Assembly (NCBI RefSeq): GCF_009914755.1
Contig: NC_060928.1
Origin: the human T2T-CHM13v2.0 reference genome, Homo sapiens
Direction: 5' to 3' (one strand)
DNA: 64,000 nucleotides
Both the position numbers and the translations under genes were made by a program. Below the pieces are notes generated by a model. That model did no database searches and was not told where the DNA came from. It saw only the letters and a list, made by a program, of their open reading frames with translations. Shown here piece after piece: positions 11,601 to 25,411 of this stretch (within the stretch, counting starts at the first letter, position 1; the number at the start of each line of letters is the position of its first letter).

Positions 11601-13389
11601 TGAAATCTTTAGATCAAACAAGAGCATTTACTATAAGCTCGCTGATAGTAGGATTATAGAAATATACTTCATATACAATGGAAGACTTCAGTGTACTCAT
11701 GTTAAAATTTGCATTTCTATTTTGAAAGGAACTTTGTGTTCCAATTTTTTATTGTTTGTTCTCAAATGTATCCACTTCTTTGACTTAGAGCAATTATGTT
11801 TAATAAAAACCAAAGCATGAGCAATTTTTCCATTGTTCATCATAAAAACCTCATTTTACTTCAGGTTTTCCAGTGTCTTCTCAAGTGCTTACATTACCGA
11901 AATATTTATTTAAAAAATAAAACAATGCAGAGTGTTTGGATTGGTAAGTTTCCCTGAGTCCTTGAAGTAATGTATCAAGAACTTGGTTTGTCATTCAATT
12001 AATAGGCTCCTTCCCAAGCCCTGTCTTCATAAGCAGTACAGCATGTAAGAATTCAGTGGTCTTATCCAAGGGAAAATGCACAACAGAGAGATGGAAACAC
12101 AGGTCCAGACCTTGGCAAAGATAGAGAGGTCAGGATTAAAGGAGTATTTTGGATAGCAATTAAAAGGCTGATAATGCAAACCATGGAAGTGGAATTAAAT
12201 TGCCTAAGCAGGGAGTAGAGGGAAAGGAGATGAGAGAGAATGACAAAAATTCAGGCGATGCTCAGACACAAAGATGCAAATGTAAGAAGAATAAAGCACT
12301 AAAGTATAGTCTGGGGGAATAAGATGCAAACTCACTAGATTATGAATTACTTGAAGACCAAGACTGTCATTGACTTTTAATCTAATCCTTCTCTCCCCAA
12401 TCCCATTATATTTAATTCTCTGACCTTCCTCTCTCCAACACTTGGAAAATGGTTTTTAAATGAGATAGAAGGGGAAGAATACATAATGGAGAAAAAATAA
12501 AAGAAATTTCTAATAGAGCCAAGAGAAAATAATCGTACTGAATGAAACTGTCGCCAAAAGACAAGACTTTGTCCCGTCAGAACCTAGCAGTTTAGGTGGT
12601 AAATGCTCAACAGAGATGAGAGGGAATGAATGAAGTATAAGCTGGGATGGGCACACAATGCAAGACAAAGAAAAGATGGTAGAGGGGAATTGGGAACTAA
12701 GATTAATTTAGGAGCCCAGCATTTGTATTTTTGTGGCTGGACTAAAATCCAAAAATCATAATCATACATATTATATGAAATGGCATAAGTAGTAACCAAG
12801 ATGGCTCCAATAAAACAGGTCCAATAGGAATGACCCCAAGCCATATCAGTCTCTTGTGTCACACTTTCTTTTAAAGTACCGCCAGTCATGTTAGAATCTG
12901 TATCCCACATCACAGTCCCTAGACAGAAATTTCTAAAGGCTCACTGCTGCCTTCAGAACAACCCCACATTGGGATGTTGAATAAAAACAAGACATAGAGC
13001 TGTTCTTTAGTTTAAGTAAAGGGACTTATGTCATCCAATTGGAAAGTGATGAAGAATTGGCATGAATGCAGTAATTTTACCTCTTAGGTGCAAAAGCCAA
13101 TTTAAGAGTGTGCAGGCAAAATTTGCTTTCATTTTCCCTAGTTTTCCAAAAAAAGTCATGAGTGTGGATCAGACTATATAAACATTATGAAAGCAGCATA
13201 ACATCAGTACTGGGTGAACTGCAAACCTATGTGATGCACTTAGTTTTCAGGAGAAATGGGCTGATTTTCGACAACAGATAGGGGCCAGAGGAACAGCTGC
13301 TGGTCAGAACTCACTGATCTCTACCTTACCAAGATAATGATACTTCTTCTCTTCAGATATGTGTCATTTACAGGCAGGAAGAATTTTTA

Positions 13390-13875
<486 letters not shown>

Positions 13876-14195
13876 CTAAACGTCAACCACAAAATCATTT
13901 TCGTGAGAGAACAGACATCAAAGTACTGTTGATTCCCATTGTTTGTGGTTGTTGTGTTCTATAAAGTCATCACAAAGGCTGAATTAGCAAATACTGAACC
14001 ATTGCTTTTAGAGAAACTATGGGATTTGTTTCCTTCAAGCCTCTGGTTACAACATTTTCATTAATCGAGCAATACTCAACTTTGTTTTATGTCGTTTTAA
14101 GGACAAGTTATTTGTTTTGTATTGTTGATTCATTGACATTGAACTCATGGCTGACAGCACTGTAACTCATGCTACAAAAAAGCTTACAACATGTA

Positions 14196-14533
14196 CAGTT
14201 ATGCGTTGTGTAACAACATTTCAGTCAATGATGGACTGCATATACAGCAGTGGTCTGGTAAAATTATAATATCATATTTTTACTGTATCATTTCTATGTT
14301 TGGATACACAGATACTTACCATTATTTTGCAGTAGCCTACAGTATTTAATACAGTAAAGTACTGTCCTGTTTTGTAGCCTAGGGAAAACAGGCTAGACCA
14401 TGTAGCCTAGTTGTTTAGCAGGCTATATCATCTAGTTTTATGTAAGCATACTCTGTAATGTTCACACAACAACAAAATTGTCTCATGATGTGTGTCTCAG
14501 AATATATCCCTATTGTTAAATGACATATGACTA
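14196..14533 (-). mobile_element. Tigger3a (MER7/Golem-type) DNA transposon nested in MER82
   Basis: TA-preceded cagttatgcg...catatgact(a) TIRs; tagcctagg...aggcta motifs and gatacacagatacttaccatt. Confidence 0.85.
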
Positions 14534-14845
14534 TGTTTTCTTTGTGAGGCACATTACAGTCCTCTTGTCTTTGGAAATGCTAGGTGCACTTCAGCACAAC
14601 ACTTGAGGGCCATTTAAATAGCTAAAATAACAAAAAGGCACAAAAATGCAAAAACACAGCATTCGATAGACCATGAAAGGACACTTGTTTACAATATGAG
14701 GCAGGGTATTACTCTGTTTGATTTCAGCTGGAAATGTGTGCATCAGGCAATTCCTATTTTTCACCCCTCTGCACATGTCCACAAATGACTATGAAAGTGC
14801 CGTGAGTATTGATTTGAAGATTACAATAAATTTTCACAAGTAGGT

Positions 14846-16862
14846 GAGACTTTCAGCTTCTGTTGAGGCCCTCAGGCTGCTTCCACTCATGGCAGAGGCA
14901 AAGGGGACCAAGCATGAACGGAGATCACATGGTGAGAGAGGAGTGTGTAAGGGGAGAGGCTCTTTTTAACAACCAGCTCTCATGAAAACCACTATGGCAT
15001 TCTTCCCCTAGCCCCCCAAATCTCATGTCCTTCTCACATGCAAAATATAACCATCCCTTCCCAACAGTCCTCCAAGTTGTAACTTGTTCCAATACCAACT
15101 TAAAAGTCCAAAGTCTCATCTGAGACTCAACGCAAGTTTCTTCCAGCTATGAGACTATAAAATTTTAAAAAGAAGTTATATAATTCCAAGATATAAGGAT
15201 TGTACAGGAATTGGGTAAACATTCCCATTTCAGATGGAGACTTACTATCTTATTCTGAGCCCTCCAAATGCTTCCAGCCTCTGAAATTGGGAAAACATTC
15301 CTATTTCACAGGGTATAATTACATTTGAAGTGGGAATGTTATACTTCACTCCTGGCCAAAAGAAAGGGGTAGCAGGCCCCATACAAGTCTGAAATCCAGC
15401 AAGACAGACATTACATCTGAAAGCCCCAAAATCATCTTTCTTAACTCCGGGCTCCACATTCTGGGCACACTGATGTGAAAGGTGGGTTCCCAAGGCCTTA
15501 AGCAGCCCCAGCCCCCTGGTTCTCCTAGGCACAGACCACATGGCTGCTCTCACAGGTTGGAGTGAAATGCCAGAGGCTTTGGCAGGCTGTAGATTCATGC
15601 TACTGGTGGCTCTATAATACTGGGGTCTTAAGGGTAGCAGTCTTGCTCCTATGGCTCCACTAGACACTGCCCTGTTTGTGGTAGCTCCACATCTGTTGCA
15701 GACTTTTGCCTGGGTTCTCATGCTTTCCAGTATATCCTCTGAAATTCAAGTGGAAACTGAAAAGCCTCCATGACTTTTGCATTCTGTGCACCTGCAGACT
15801 TAACACCATATAGAAGCTGCCAAGGCTTACCACTTTCACGATTTGGAGGCACAGCAGTACCTGGGGCCCTATCAGCCACAGCTGGAGCTGGAGTGGCCAG
15901 GATGTGGGGAGCATCATTCCCAGATGGCACAGGGCAGATGTGCCCTGGCCACTGTGTGCTCCTAGGCCTCTGGGCCTGTGATGGGAGGGGTAGTCTTGAA
16001 GGTTTTGGAAATGCCTTTAGGGCCTTTTCCCCATTGTCCTGATTGTTAGCACCTGGCTCCCTTTTAGTCATGCTAATCTCTTTAGCAAGTGGTTTCTCAG
16101 CAGCAACCATTTTTTTTCCTCTCCTCAAAACATTTTCCTTCTCTATCATACGGACCGGCTGCAAATTTTTCAAATTTCTATACTCTGCTCCTTTTTTAAT
16201 TATTAATTTCATCTTTAGGTCATTCCTTTGCTGCCACATCCAACTGTAGGCTATCAGAAGCAGCCATGCCACTTCTGGAGTGCTTTGCTGCTTATAAATT
16301 TCTTCCACCAGATACCCTAGGTCATCACCCTTCAGCCTTCCATAAAGCCCTAAGGCATGGACAGAATGTAGACAAGTTCTTTACTAGGGAGTAAAAAAGG
16401 ATGACCTTTGCTCCAGTTTACAATCAGTTTGTCATTTTCATCTGAGACCTTGTCAGCATGGTCTTTATTGTCAATATTTCTATCAACATTTTGGTCACAA
16501 CTACTTAAGCAGTCTCTAATAAGTTCCAGACCTTACCTCATCTTCCTATCCTCTCTTTGCCCTCCACATGCTTTCAACCTCTGCTCATTACCCAGTTCCA
16601 AAGCTACTTCTGTATTTTCAGGTATCCTTATAGCAACACTTCACTCCTCAGTACCAATTTCCTATCTTAGTCCATTTGTATTGCTATAAAGGAACACCTG
16701 AGACTGAGAAATTTATAAAGAAAATAGGTTAATTTGGCTTATGATTTTTCAGGCTGTACAAGAAGCATGTCACAAGCATCTGCTTGACTTCCTGCTTCCA
16801 CTCATGGCAGAAGGCAAAAGAGAGCCAGCATGTGCAGAGATTACATGGTGAGAGAGGAAGCA

Positions 16863-16894
<32 letters not shown>

Positions 16895-17101
16895 GAGGGA
16901 GGTGCTAGGCTCTTTAAATCATTCAGCCCTCACAGGAACAAATAGTCTAAGAACTCAATCATTTCTGCAAGGACAGCTCTCAAGCCATTCATGAGGGATC
17001 CACCCTATGACCCAAATACCTCCAATTAGGTCCCACCTCCAACACTGGGTATCAAATTTCAACACAAGATATGGGGAGGTAAAACAAACAAAAGTATAGC
17101 A
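14846..17101 (-). mobile_element. MSTB-like MaLR provirus: 5' LTR 16663-17101, internal ~14995-16662, truncated 3' LTR ~14846-14995
   Basis: Both LTRs share ctgcttccactcatggcaga...acatggtgagagagg; internal matches MST-int; TSD TAGGT (14841-14845)/CAGGT (17102-17106). Confidence 0.9.
15245..16308 (-). pseudogene. Remnant of the MaLR internal ORF (two overlapping frames, 196 aa and 158 aa)
   Basis: EEIYKQQSTPEVAWLLL...NLQP...IEK...NQDNGE...LPSQAQRPR resembles the MST/THE1 internal ORF; frameshifted. Confidence 0.75.
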
Positions 17102-17159
17102 CAGGTGAATTCATAAATATGGAATCCATGAATAAGGAGGATTGGCTATAATGACAAAA

Positions 17160-17390
17160 TAATAATAATAGTTAACATCTACTATTCAATCACTGCATGC
17201 CAAGCCCTGTTCTACACTCTTTAGATATTAACTCTATATGGTTCTCACAAGAACCCACAGAAGTCGGGACAATTCCCACTTCTATATTATAGATAAGGTA
17301 ACTGCAGATGAACGAAGTGCCTTGCTGCTCAGGGTGGCACCAGCATTTAATCCCCAGTGTTGTAATTCAAAGTCTTTGCTCTCAGCCACT
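17160..17390 (-). mobile_element. MIR
   Basis: aataatagttaacat...tgccaagccctgttct...ctcacaagaaccc...agataaggtaactg...aaagtctttgctctcagccac. Confidence 0.75.
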
Positions 17391-18629
17391 TCCCTGGATG
17401 TAGGACAGTCTGCAGGTCTTTTCCTGAGCCAGGCCCACCCATCAATGTGCTTTCCTAAATAAAATAATCATATGCATGAGCATAAATTAATTCAAACACT
17501 CCCTGAGGGACAGAAAGACTCTAGAATCAGTTTTTTTAAATGGCAATTATTTCTTTCTTCTTGCCAAATACAGATGACAGTTACTATGTGCAAGGCACTG
17601 CCATGGTGGTGGGGGGATGGAGACAGTTACCTGGCGTGTGAGTAATCAGCAGCTGCACAAATGATAAAAGCTGCTGACTCCAAGACCCTCCTACACCCTG
17701 TGTACTCAGTTGAAGAGAATAAAGTTTAATTAAATACACGTACAAGCACCTGGGGATCTCTGTACCTCAGCAGTCATATCAGTCCAATAAGAGGAAAAAG
17801 GCCTAGCTCTTTCTGAGGATACTAAAAGGGGTGCACTGGGCTAATGATCACAGGGGCAGTGTCTGTGATTCCAGCCCAGACCTCCTTGAGGATTTGAAGC
17901 AACCCGAGCTTGTCTTGGTGCACAGGTCTTTGTAAGAGCCTTCTAGAGTATATAAGAGAGTTAGGCATAGAGCGTATGGGGAGGGTGTGACTACCTCTGC
18001 CCTTGCTAACTATACTTTCACCACCATCTTCCATCTCCCCTATATCCCTGCAGATATGGGACAGAAATGATTATTTCATATCCCAAAAGAAAAGCAAAAC
18101 ATTTAGAGAAATTGTGCCACCAGGCACAACTGTCGGTTGCTTTTCTTTCCCTTGGCAGAATTTGTTGACTTCTGTAATGTGCCAGGATATAATACAGCAG
18201 TGAAAAAATAGAGACAACTTCTGATGCCATAGAGCAAGACACTGAGCAAGCCACTGAAGGGTAGACAAGAGATAGGGAGGTGTTAAGAGAACAGGTAACA
18301 GGAGCCCCCAGCACCACCAGGGAATTAGGGGAATACTCACCATGGAAGTGATATTGAGGCTGTCATCTAAAAGTGAAAGCAGGAAGCAGCTGCCAAACAA
18401 AAAGAGGTACAGGTACAGAAGCTGAAAGGTGGGAAAGACTTATTTAAAAATCTGAGAAGACAAGAGCCCATAGAAGTGAAGGGAACCTAATGTGGAGCGG
18501 GCAGTGGACTTGATATGGACCTGGAACAACAGAACCAGATACTTTAGGGCCTTCTACTTCAAAGACCCAGAGAACTCAATACGGTGGGCCAGCCAAGGCA
18601 CCTCTCAGTTGTCAGGGGTCCCTTTAGAG

Positions 18630-18960
18630 GGGAGGAAAGCAAGCTCATTAAGCTCTTTAATCTCTCCCCTCTAGGTCATTTCCTCCAGCTACGAATGAAT
18701 CATACAGTTTCCTCCTCCCTGTCCACATGGCCTGGGTACCGAGGCTTGGAACAGGGGCCTGTTTTCCAGGTGCGGTCTCACCAGTGTCGTATAAAGGGGG
18801 ATTATTCCCCTTCCTGCAGCTTGACTCCTCGCACAGGCCAACCCCAGCCGAGTCGGCTTTCCTCATGGCCAGATCACATTACAAGTTAATATCTAATTTG
18901 TAAGTTCTATATCACACCTCAGTTTCACAGCACTGTGGCTTCCAAGTGAACATTCACTTC
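18630..18960 (-). mobile_element. L3/CR1 LINE relic
   Basis: ttccaggtgcggtctcaccagtgtcgtataaagggggattattccccttcct and ggctttcctcatggccagatcacatt resemble antisense CR1/L3 3' ORF2. Confidence 0.6.
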
Positions 18961-19399
18961 TTCCTTTTTCAAAATTAGTTGGGTACCCTATGGTGAGACA
19001 GGGAGAATGGAATGTACAATTGGCCAACTAAAACAGAGAGGCCCTGAATTGCTGTCTGACCCAAGGATGTAGCTTCATCTCTTAGTTAACAATCTGTAAA
19101 ATGGGGTCTTAATTTGCTCTGCCATTACATAGCTGCATAAATTCTATGTATTGGAATTCAACTTCTAATACCAGTTTTTATCACTAAACATCTCTCTTGT
19201 CCTCAGTTTCCCTTTCTGTAACATAAACAAATAGGAATACATGATCTCAAAGGACCCCTTTAAATATAATATTTTTTACTTTTCAATATGATTAGTAGCT
19301 AGAGGATTATTCTGAGGATTTTTATGTCCTAAAAATTAATATCACAGTAGTTGCATTGCTAATTTTTTGTGTGTCGAAGACTTTTTGGAGATAAAGGCA

Positions 19400-19863
19400 G
19401 AGGCTACATAAAAGTAAACAATTTTTCAGAAGAGTAGCATAATGGTTCCAATTCCTCCCACTCCCAGACCTATGCCATGTAACTTTATAGTGTGTCCCAC
19501 TCTGACTCAAGACTTGCTTTGGGACAATGTGATGTTGGAGAACATGATACAAGCAGAGACTCAAAAAATCTTACATGATTAGCGTTGCTTTTCTTGCCTT
19601 CTACCAAAACCACACAAAAGACATGTCCAAGTTATCCCACTAGCCTCAGAAGAGGATGTGGGATGTGTGGAGCAGAGTCAACCCACAGACACATGAGCAA
19701 ACCCAGCCACACTGCAGACACATGAGTGAGCCCAGCCAAGACCTGCCAAGCCCAGCCTAGGTGATCTGATCCCTGCTGATGTGCTAGAAATAAATATTTA
19801 TTATTTTATACCACTGAGTTTTGGGGTGATTTGTTACACAGCATTATTTTAGCAGCTGATACA
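19400..19863 (+). mobile_element. MLT1H/I-like MaLR LTR
   Basis: gacttgctttgggacaatg...cagacacatgagtgagcccagccaag...aataaat...ccactgagttttggggtgatttgttacacagca...ctgataca. Confidence 0.75.
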
Positions 19864-22147
19864 AATCTGAACCTAAGTCCAGTATTTTATCATTTGTTTA
19901 GTCCACCCAAAATAATTACACTAAAGGTAATACCTAACTTGTCTCTCTGCCTCATCGTTCTATGTCTCCATTTGTCCTCCATCTTCCCCTCTGTCTTAGA
20001 TAAAGACATGTCCCCCCTTTGTACCAACACTAACCCTATCTTCTCTACTCCATTTCTTGCCCTTCCAACCTTCTGTGTGATGTGACACCATCCATTATTC
20101 CCTCCTTCAGAAAGGTTAATGCACCCTGACATCTTTAAGGGTGGTTTCTCTCAGAAAGGTAGATTTAAGAGCAAAATACCTTATTGTCTAGAACAGAGGG
20201 CTATAAAAGTACCACTTTGTTTTGATGATTTAAAATAAAAGTGCCCATCCTCTAGCACTCACCAGTGGGATAAGGAAGGATAGGTTTCCTCCCACTGGGA
20301 AGTGGCTCAGTGGGAGGGCTGAGTAATAACAGCCACATCTTGTGGGAAAGGGTAAAGGGTAGAGTGGGGGGCAAAGGTGGAATCTCCTTAGCAGGGCTTT
20401 GCATGGAGGGAAGGTCAGGGTCTTCCTTTACAAATCAGATGCCCTCTTTTCTACTCTCCCTTTCTTTTCCCCAAGCCCTGCCAACCACATAACGTATTTT
20501 TTCTATTCTTATTGTCATCCTCCCTATTCTTTTCATAGCCAAGTTTATATTCATGCACGGTATTGACATTCCTTGTTTTCAGTGGCAAAATTTTCTTCCT
20601 TGTCTTTTGGAGACTCATGAAATAAGTGCAGGTCTAAATTTTCAAGACCTTCTTTAATTAGTGTTTAATTTATTATGTGGCATACAGTGAAGAAAGGAGC
20701 ATTTATCTTTATTGTAGAGTGAAATGCTAATGGGACAACTAAAAGAAAAAGATATTAGGCATTTTCAAAGCCTCTGTTCTGAAAAGGCAGCAGGTTGACA
20801 TTGATTAAAATATCACATATTGTGGAACGTGTGAAAGAAGGTTAACTGGGGCCAGCAAAAATATTTTTCCTCTCAGGTGTGTAAAATCTTGGATTTCATG
20901 GTTTACATATATCCTAGACCGGCTTGGAGGCAATCCGAATGTGAACAACACGTCATCTTTTCACTCTGAAACTGGCATTTATTTGTATAGTTCTTCTCAG
21001 AACTACCAAGAACAGTATTGGATGATCTTGGTAGAGGGCAAGATAATCAATTCCAATCGTGCAAGAGTTTTTACGTCTCTGCTTGTATCACACTCAACAT
21101 CATCACATTGTCCCAAAGCAAGACCGGAGTTAGAAAGTGGGACACACTCTAAAGTTACATGACATGGATCTGGGGGTGAAAAGAATTGGACTGTTATGCC
21201 ACTCTACTAAAAGATTGTTTACTTTCACCTAGCCTTTCTCTCATCTCCAGAAAGTCTTAGTAATTTCAACACTTTAAAAATTAATATCAACTACTATGAT
21301 GTGAATTCTTGATATCTGAAAATTCTCAGAAGAATCCTCTAGACACTAGTCATATAGCAAAACAAAAAATGTTACTTTGAAGTGAATCCTTAGAAATCCT
21401 TAATTCCTATCTGTTTATGTTACAGATGAGGAAACTGAAGACAGGAAAGATGGTTAGTGAAACAGCTGGTGTTAGAAGCTAAATTTAGTTCATTTAATAC
21501 TCTACTCTAATTAGGACTTTATACAGCTATGTAATGACAGAGAGAATTAAGACCCCATTTTACACGTTGTTAACTAAGGGGTAAGGTTGCATCCTTGTAG
21601 TCAGATCACGACACAAATGGTCTTTTTTTAACCACATCACTGAGCTCTCCAGGGTCATGTGCTTCAGGAAATCACTTGCCTAAACAGCTCTGCTCTTTCC
21701 TAGGGAAAGTACAAATATTTATTAATACTTTCTATTGTCCAAACTCAATCCATAGTTTATCACAATCATCAGATAATAAAAATTAGGTATATTACTTCTT
21801 TCTGTTCTCTAGACAACTTTCATTACTCCTATTCATTCTTTCTTTCAATTTTTCAATGAATGTCAATACTGTAAAATTTATGACAACAGATGTACACATT
21901 GGGTCTCTTTCTTCCTGCCTAGTGTTGAGCAGTTTCTGATGTGTAATGTTTATCCCGCAAACATTAAATGAATTAATGAATGAATGAATTCAAGGCAACA
22001 TAGTTTTCAATTCAGGATATGAAAAGGAATATGAGATATCATTTCATTAAGATTATAACACATAAGAAAGACAAACGTTACCAAAAAAAAGTTACATTGA
22101 CATAGATGCAATGACACAAGATGGCAATGATAAAACCTGGGGGCTGA

Positions 22148-22632
<485 letters not shown>

Positions 22633-22651
22633 TTATTATTATATCTCATCC

Positions 22652-22862
22652 TTTTAAAAATTAATTAGTTAATGTTTAAGTTAAACATTGTAATTGTATA
22701 TATTTATGGGGCACAATTTGATATCTTGATACTTACATGTGTGTATAATGATCAAATAAGTGTATTTTCCATGTCTATCACTTCATGCATTTATCATTTC
22801 TTTGTGATGAGAACATTCAAAAGCATCTCTTCTAGCTATTTTAAAATATACAATACTTTTTT
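22652..22862 (-). mobile_element. L1MA-type 3' end fragment
   Basis: ttgtatatatttatggggcacaa...aatgatcaaataag...tttgtgatgagaacattcaaaa...ttctagctattttaaaatatacaatac. Confidence 0.8.
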
Positions 22863-22909
22863 AAAGCAAAAATCAACTCTCCTGGGTGACATATAGAGTA
22901 AGATTGGGA

Positions 22910-23440
22910 TAATAATAGTAATATGAGTTGTTGCCTCCGCAATGTATATTATGTGTCAAGCACTAGCATAAATGCTTTCTATGAATCATAATTTAACTCT
23001 CACAATAACCCTAAGTGCTAGGTAATATTATTGTCTTCTTCTGTTGCTGAGATACATAAGACTGAGGCATGTGTAGTACATTCAGATAGACATAGAACCC
23101 AGCCAGAGACCCTTAGATAGATTCTACCCACTGCCTACCCCAACATATTATGGTTCTTCCTAGGTCATTTTTCTTCTCCTAAATAATTCTTTTAATACAC
23201 GCTGTTTCTAATATTGTTTCTTAAGAGCAATCCAGTGAAGGAAAAGGAAAATGAACACTAATTCTATTAGCAAGGGCTTTGGAAGTTGCAAAACGTGGGT
23301 TCATATCTTGGCTTCATCACTTTCCTTACATTCCTTTGGGTATCACTTAGGTCTTCAGTCTCTCTTCTGTACAATGGGTATGACACTAACGTCTTTCAAG
23401 AGTTCTTCTAAAGATGAAATGAGATGCACAGATAAACCAC
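22910..23440. mobile_element. Two MIR relics (minus ~22910-23060, plus ~23230-23440)
   Basis: atttaactctcacaataaccctaag..taggtaatattattg; tgggttcatatcttggctt...tcagtctctcttctgtacaatggg. Confidence 0.65.
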
Positions 23441-23572
23441 CTCACACATGTCTAATTCAGCTAATGATTTTCTTTTCTTGGATCCCACTCATTATTCCCT
23501 AACTGGGTGGTTTCTCTATTACAAGAAAAAAGTAAGTAAAAACAAGTGCAAAGAAGATCATATGAGGCTAAT

Positions 23573-24143
23573 TGTGATGGGTAATTTTATGTTTCAACTT
23601 AACTGGATCATAAGATGCCCAGATATCTAGGTAAACATTATTTCTGGGTGTATCTGTATGGGAGTTGCAGGAAGAGATTCACACTTGAAAACTAAGTACT
23701 AAAGAAGATCCACTCTAACCAATATGAGTGGATATCATCCAATTTGCTGGGGGCCTGACTATAACAAAAAGGCAGAGCTAGGTTGAATTTACTTTCTACC
23801 TGACTGCTTGAGCTGAGACACTGATCCTGCCTTTGGTGCTCCTGGTCCTCAGGACATCAAACACAGATTGGCAACTATACCAACTATCTGGCTTTCAGGC
23901 CTTCAAACTATGCCACTGGCTTTCCTAAGTCTCCAGCATGTATTTGGCAGATCATGGAACTTCCCAGCTTCCATAATGCTATGATCAAATACCCTATAAG
24001 AATCTCATTTTGTACATCTATACAATACGCACACACTACACACACACACACACACACATACACACACACATCTATAAATATGCATACACACACACATATT
24101 TCCTACTGGTTCTGTTTCTCTGGAGCATTCTGAGTAACATACA
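23573..24143 (+). mobile_element. MLT2 (B/C/D-like) ERVL solo LTR with internal (CA)n
   Basis: tgtgatgggtaattttatgtttcaactt...tcctactggttctgtttctctggag...ataca; TSD CTAAT/CCAAT. Confidence 0.88.
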
Positions 24144-24207
24144 CCAATCAAATAAAACATGGGAGTACCTACTGCTTACAGTATAAATACCTGCCTCCCT
24201 TCTCATC

Positions 24208-24771
24208 TTTTTTTCTTAGCATCGTTATTGAGATTTAATTCATATTCTGTAAAAATCATCCTTTTAAAGTACAAAATTCAGTGACTTTTAGTATATTCAG
24301 AGTTGTACACCCATCATCAAAGCTAAGTTTAGAACATTTTTATAGCCCCCAAAAGAAACTTCATACCAACTAGCAGTTACTCCCTTTTCTCCCTCCCTGC
24401 CCCCAGCTCCTAGGAAACACTAATATACTTTGTGTCTCTATAGATTTGCCCATCCTGGATGTGTCTTATCAATGGGATTCTACAGTTGTGGTCTTGTGTG
24501 ACTGGCTTCCTTCACTCGGTATAATGTTTTTCAAGATTCTTCCATCTTTTCACATTTATCAGTACTCCATTCCTTTTTAGTCCTAAATAATGTCTCATCA
24601 TATGTATAAAGCATATTTTGCTTATCCATTCATCAGTTGTGGTACATGTGGGTTGTTCCCCATTTGAGTAATTGTTAATAACAGTGGTATAAACACTTGT
24701 GTGCAAGTTTTTGTGTGAATATGTTTTTATTTCTTTTTCCGAGAAACCTAGGAGTGGAATTGTGGGGTCAT
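24208..24771 (-). mobile_element. L1MB-type 3' end fragment
   Basis: ttattgagatttaattcata...ttttaaagtacaaaattcagtg...cccaaaagaaact...tatccattcatcagttg...cctaggagtggaattg. Confidence 0.85.
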
Positions 24772-24870
24772 TCTCCTTTATTTTTGAGCAAAGGGAAAAC
24801 CTAGGGGGTGCTGAGGAAGACGATAATCCATAGAGTTTGTGCTGAAACCACTGACAGTGTCATATGGGAG

Positions 24871-25411
24871 TACATTCATTTCCCATTGCTGCTGCTAAAA
24901 TTACTACAAATTTACCAGTTTAAAACAGTGCATTTTTTAAAAAAAATCTACTGTTATGGAGGTCTAAACTCCAAAATAGGTCAACAGAGCTGATTTCCTA
25001 CTGAGGACTCAAGGGGAACCCCCTTCCTCGACTTTCCCAGCTTCTTGAGGCCGCCTGCATCCCTTCACTTGCATCTCCTTCCTTCATTCCTCCATCTCCA
25101 AAGTTAGCAGCATAGCATCTTCAGTTCGCTCTCGTTCTCTCTCTCTCTCTCTCTCCAACCCTGCTGCCCAGTTTCTGTCCTCACAGCTCCTTTTCTTGCT
25201 TTCCTGCCTCCTTCCTATTATAATCCTTGTGATTACATTGTGAATGCCTGAATAATTCAGAACTATCATCTCATCTCAGTGTCCTTAGTATCTGCCAAGT
25301 CCCTTTTGACATGCAAAGTAACATCCACAGATTCTGGGGATTATGACAGTAAGATGTGAACATCTTTGTGTGTGTGTGTGGGGGGAGGGGGGTATCATAC
25401 AGGCTACTATA
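24871..25411 (-). mobile_element. MLT1D/E-like MaLR LTR
   Basis: ttcccattgctgctg..aaattactacaaattt...cccagcttcttgaggccgcctgcatccctt...tctgccaagtcccttttg. Confidence 0.8.

Larger units (their letters stand above)
13926..17147. mobile_element. MER82 (Tigger-family) DNA transposon in three pieces (~13926-14195, 14534-14845, 17102-17147)
   Basis: TA-flanked ctgttgattc...ctgaattagcaaatactgaaccattgct; ...caggtgaattcataaatatggaatccatgaataaggaggattggcta end forms the imperfect terminal inverted repeat. Confidence 0.8.
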
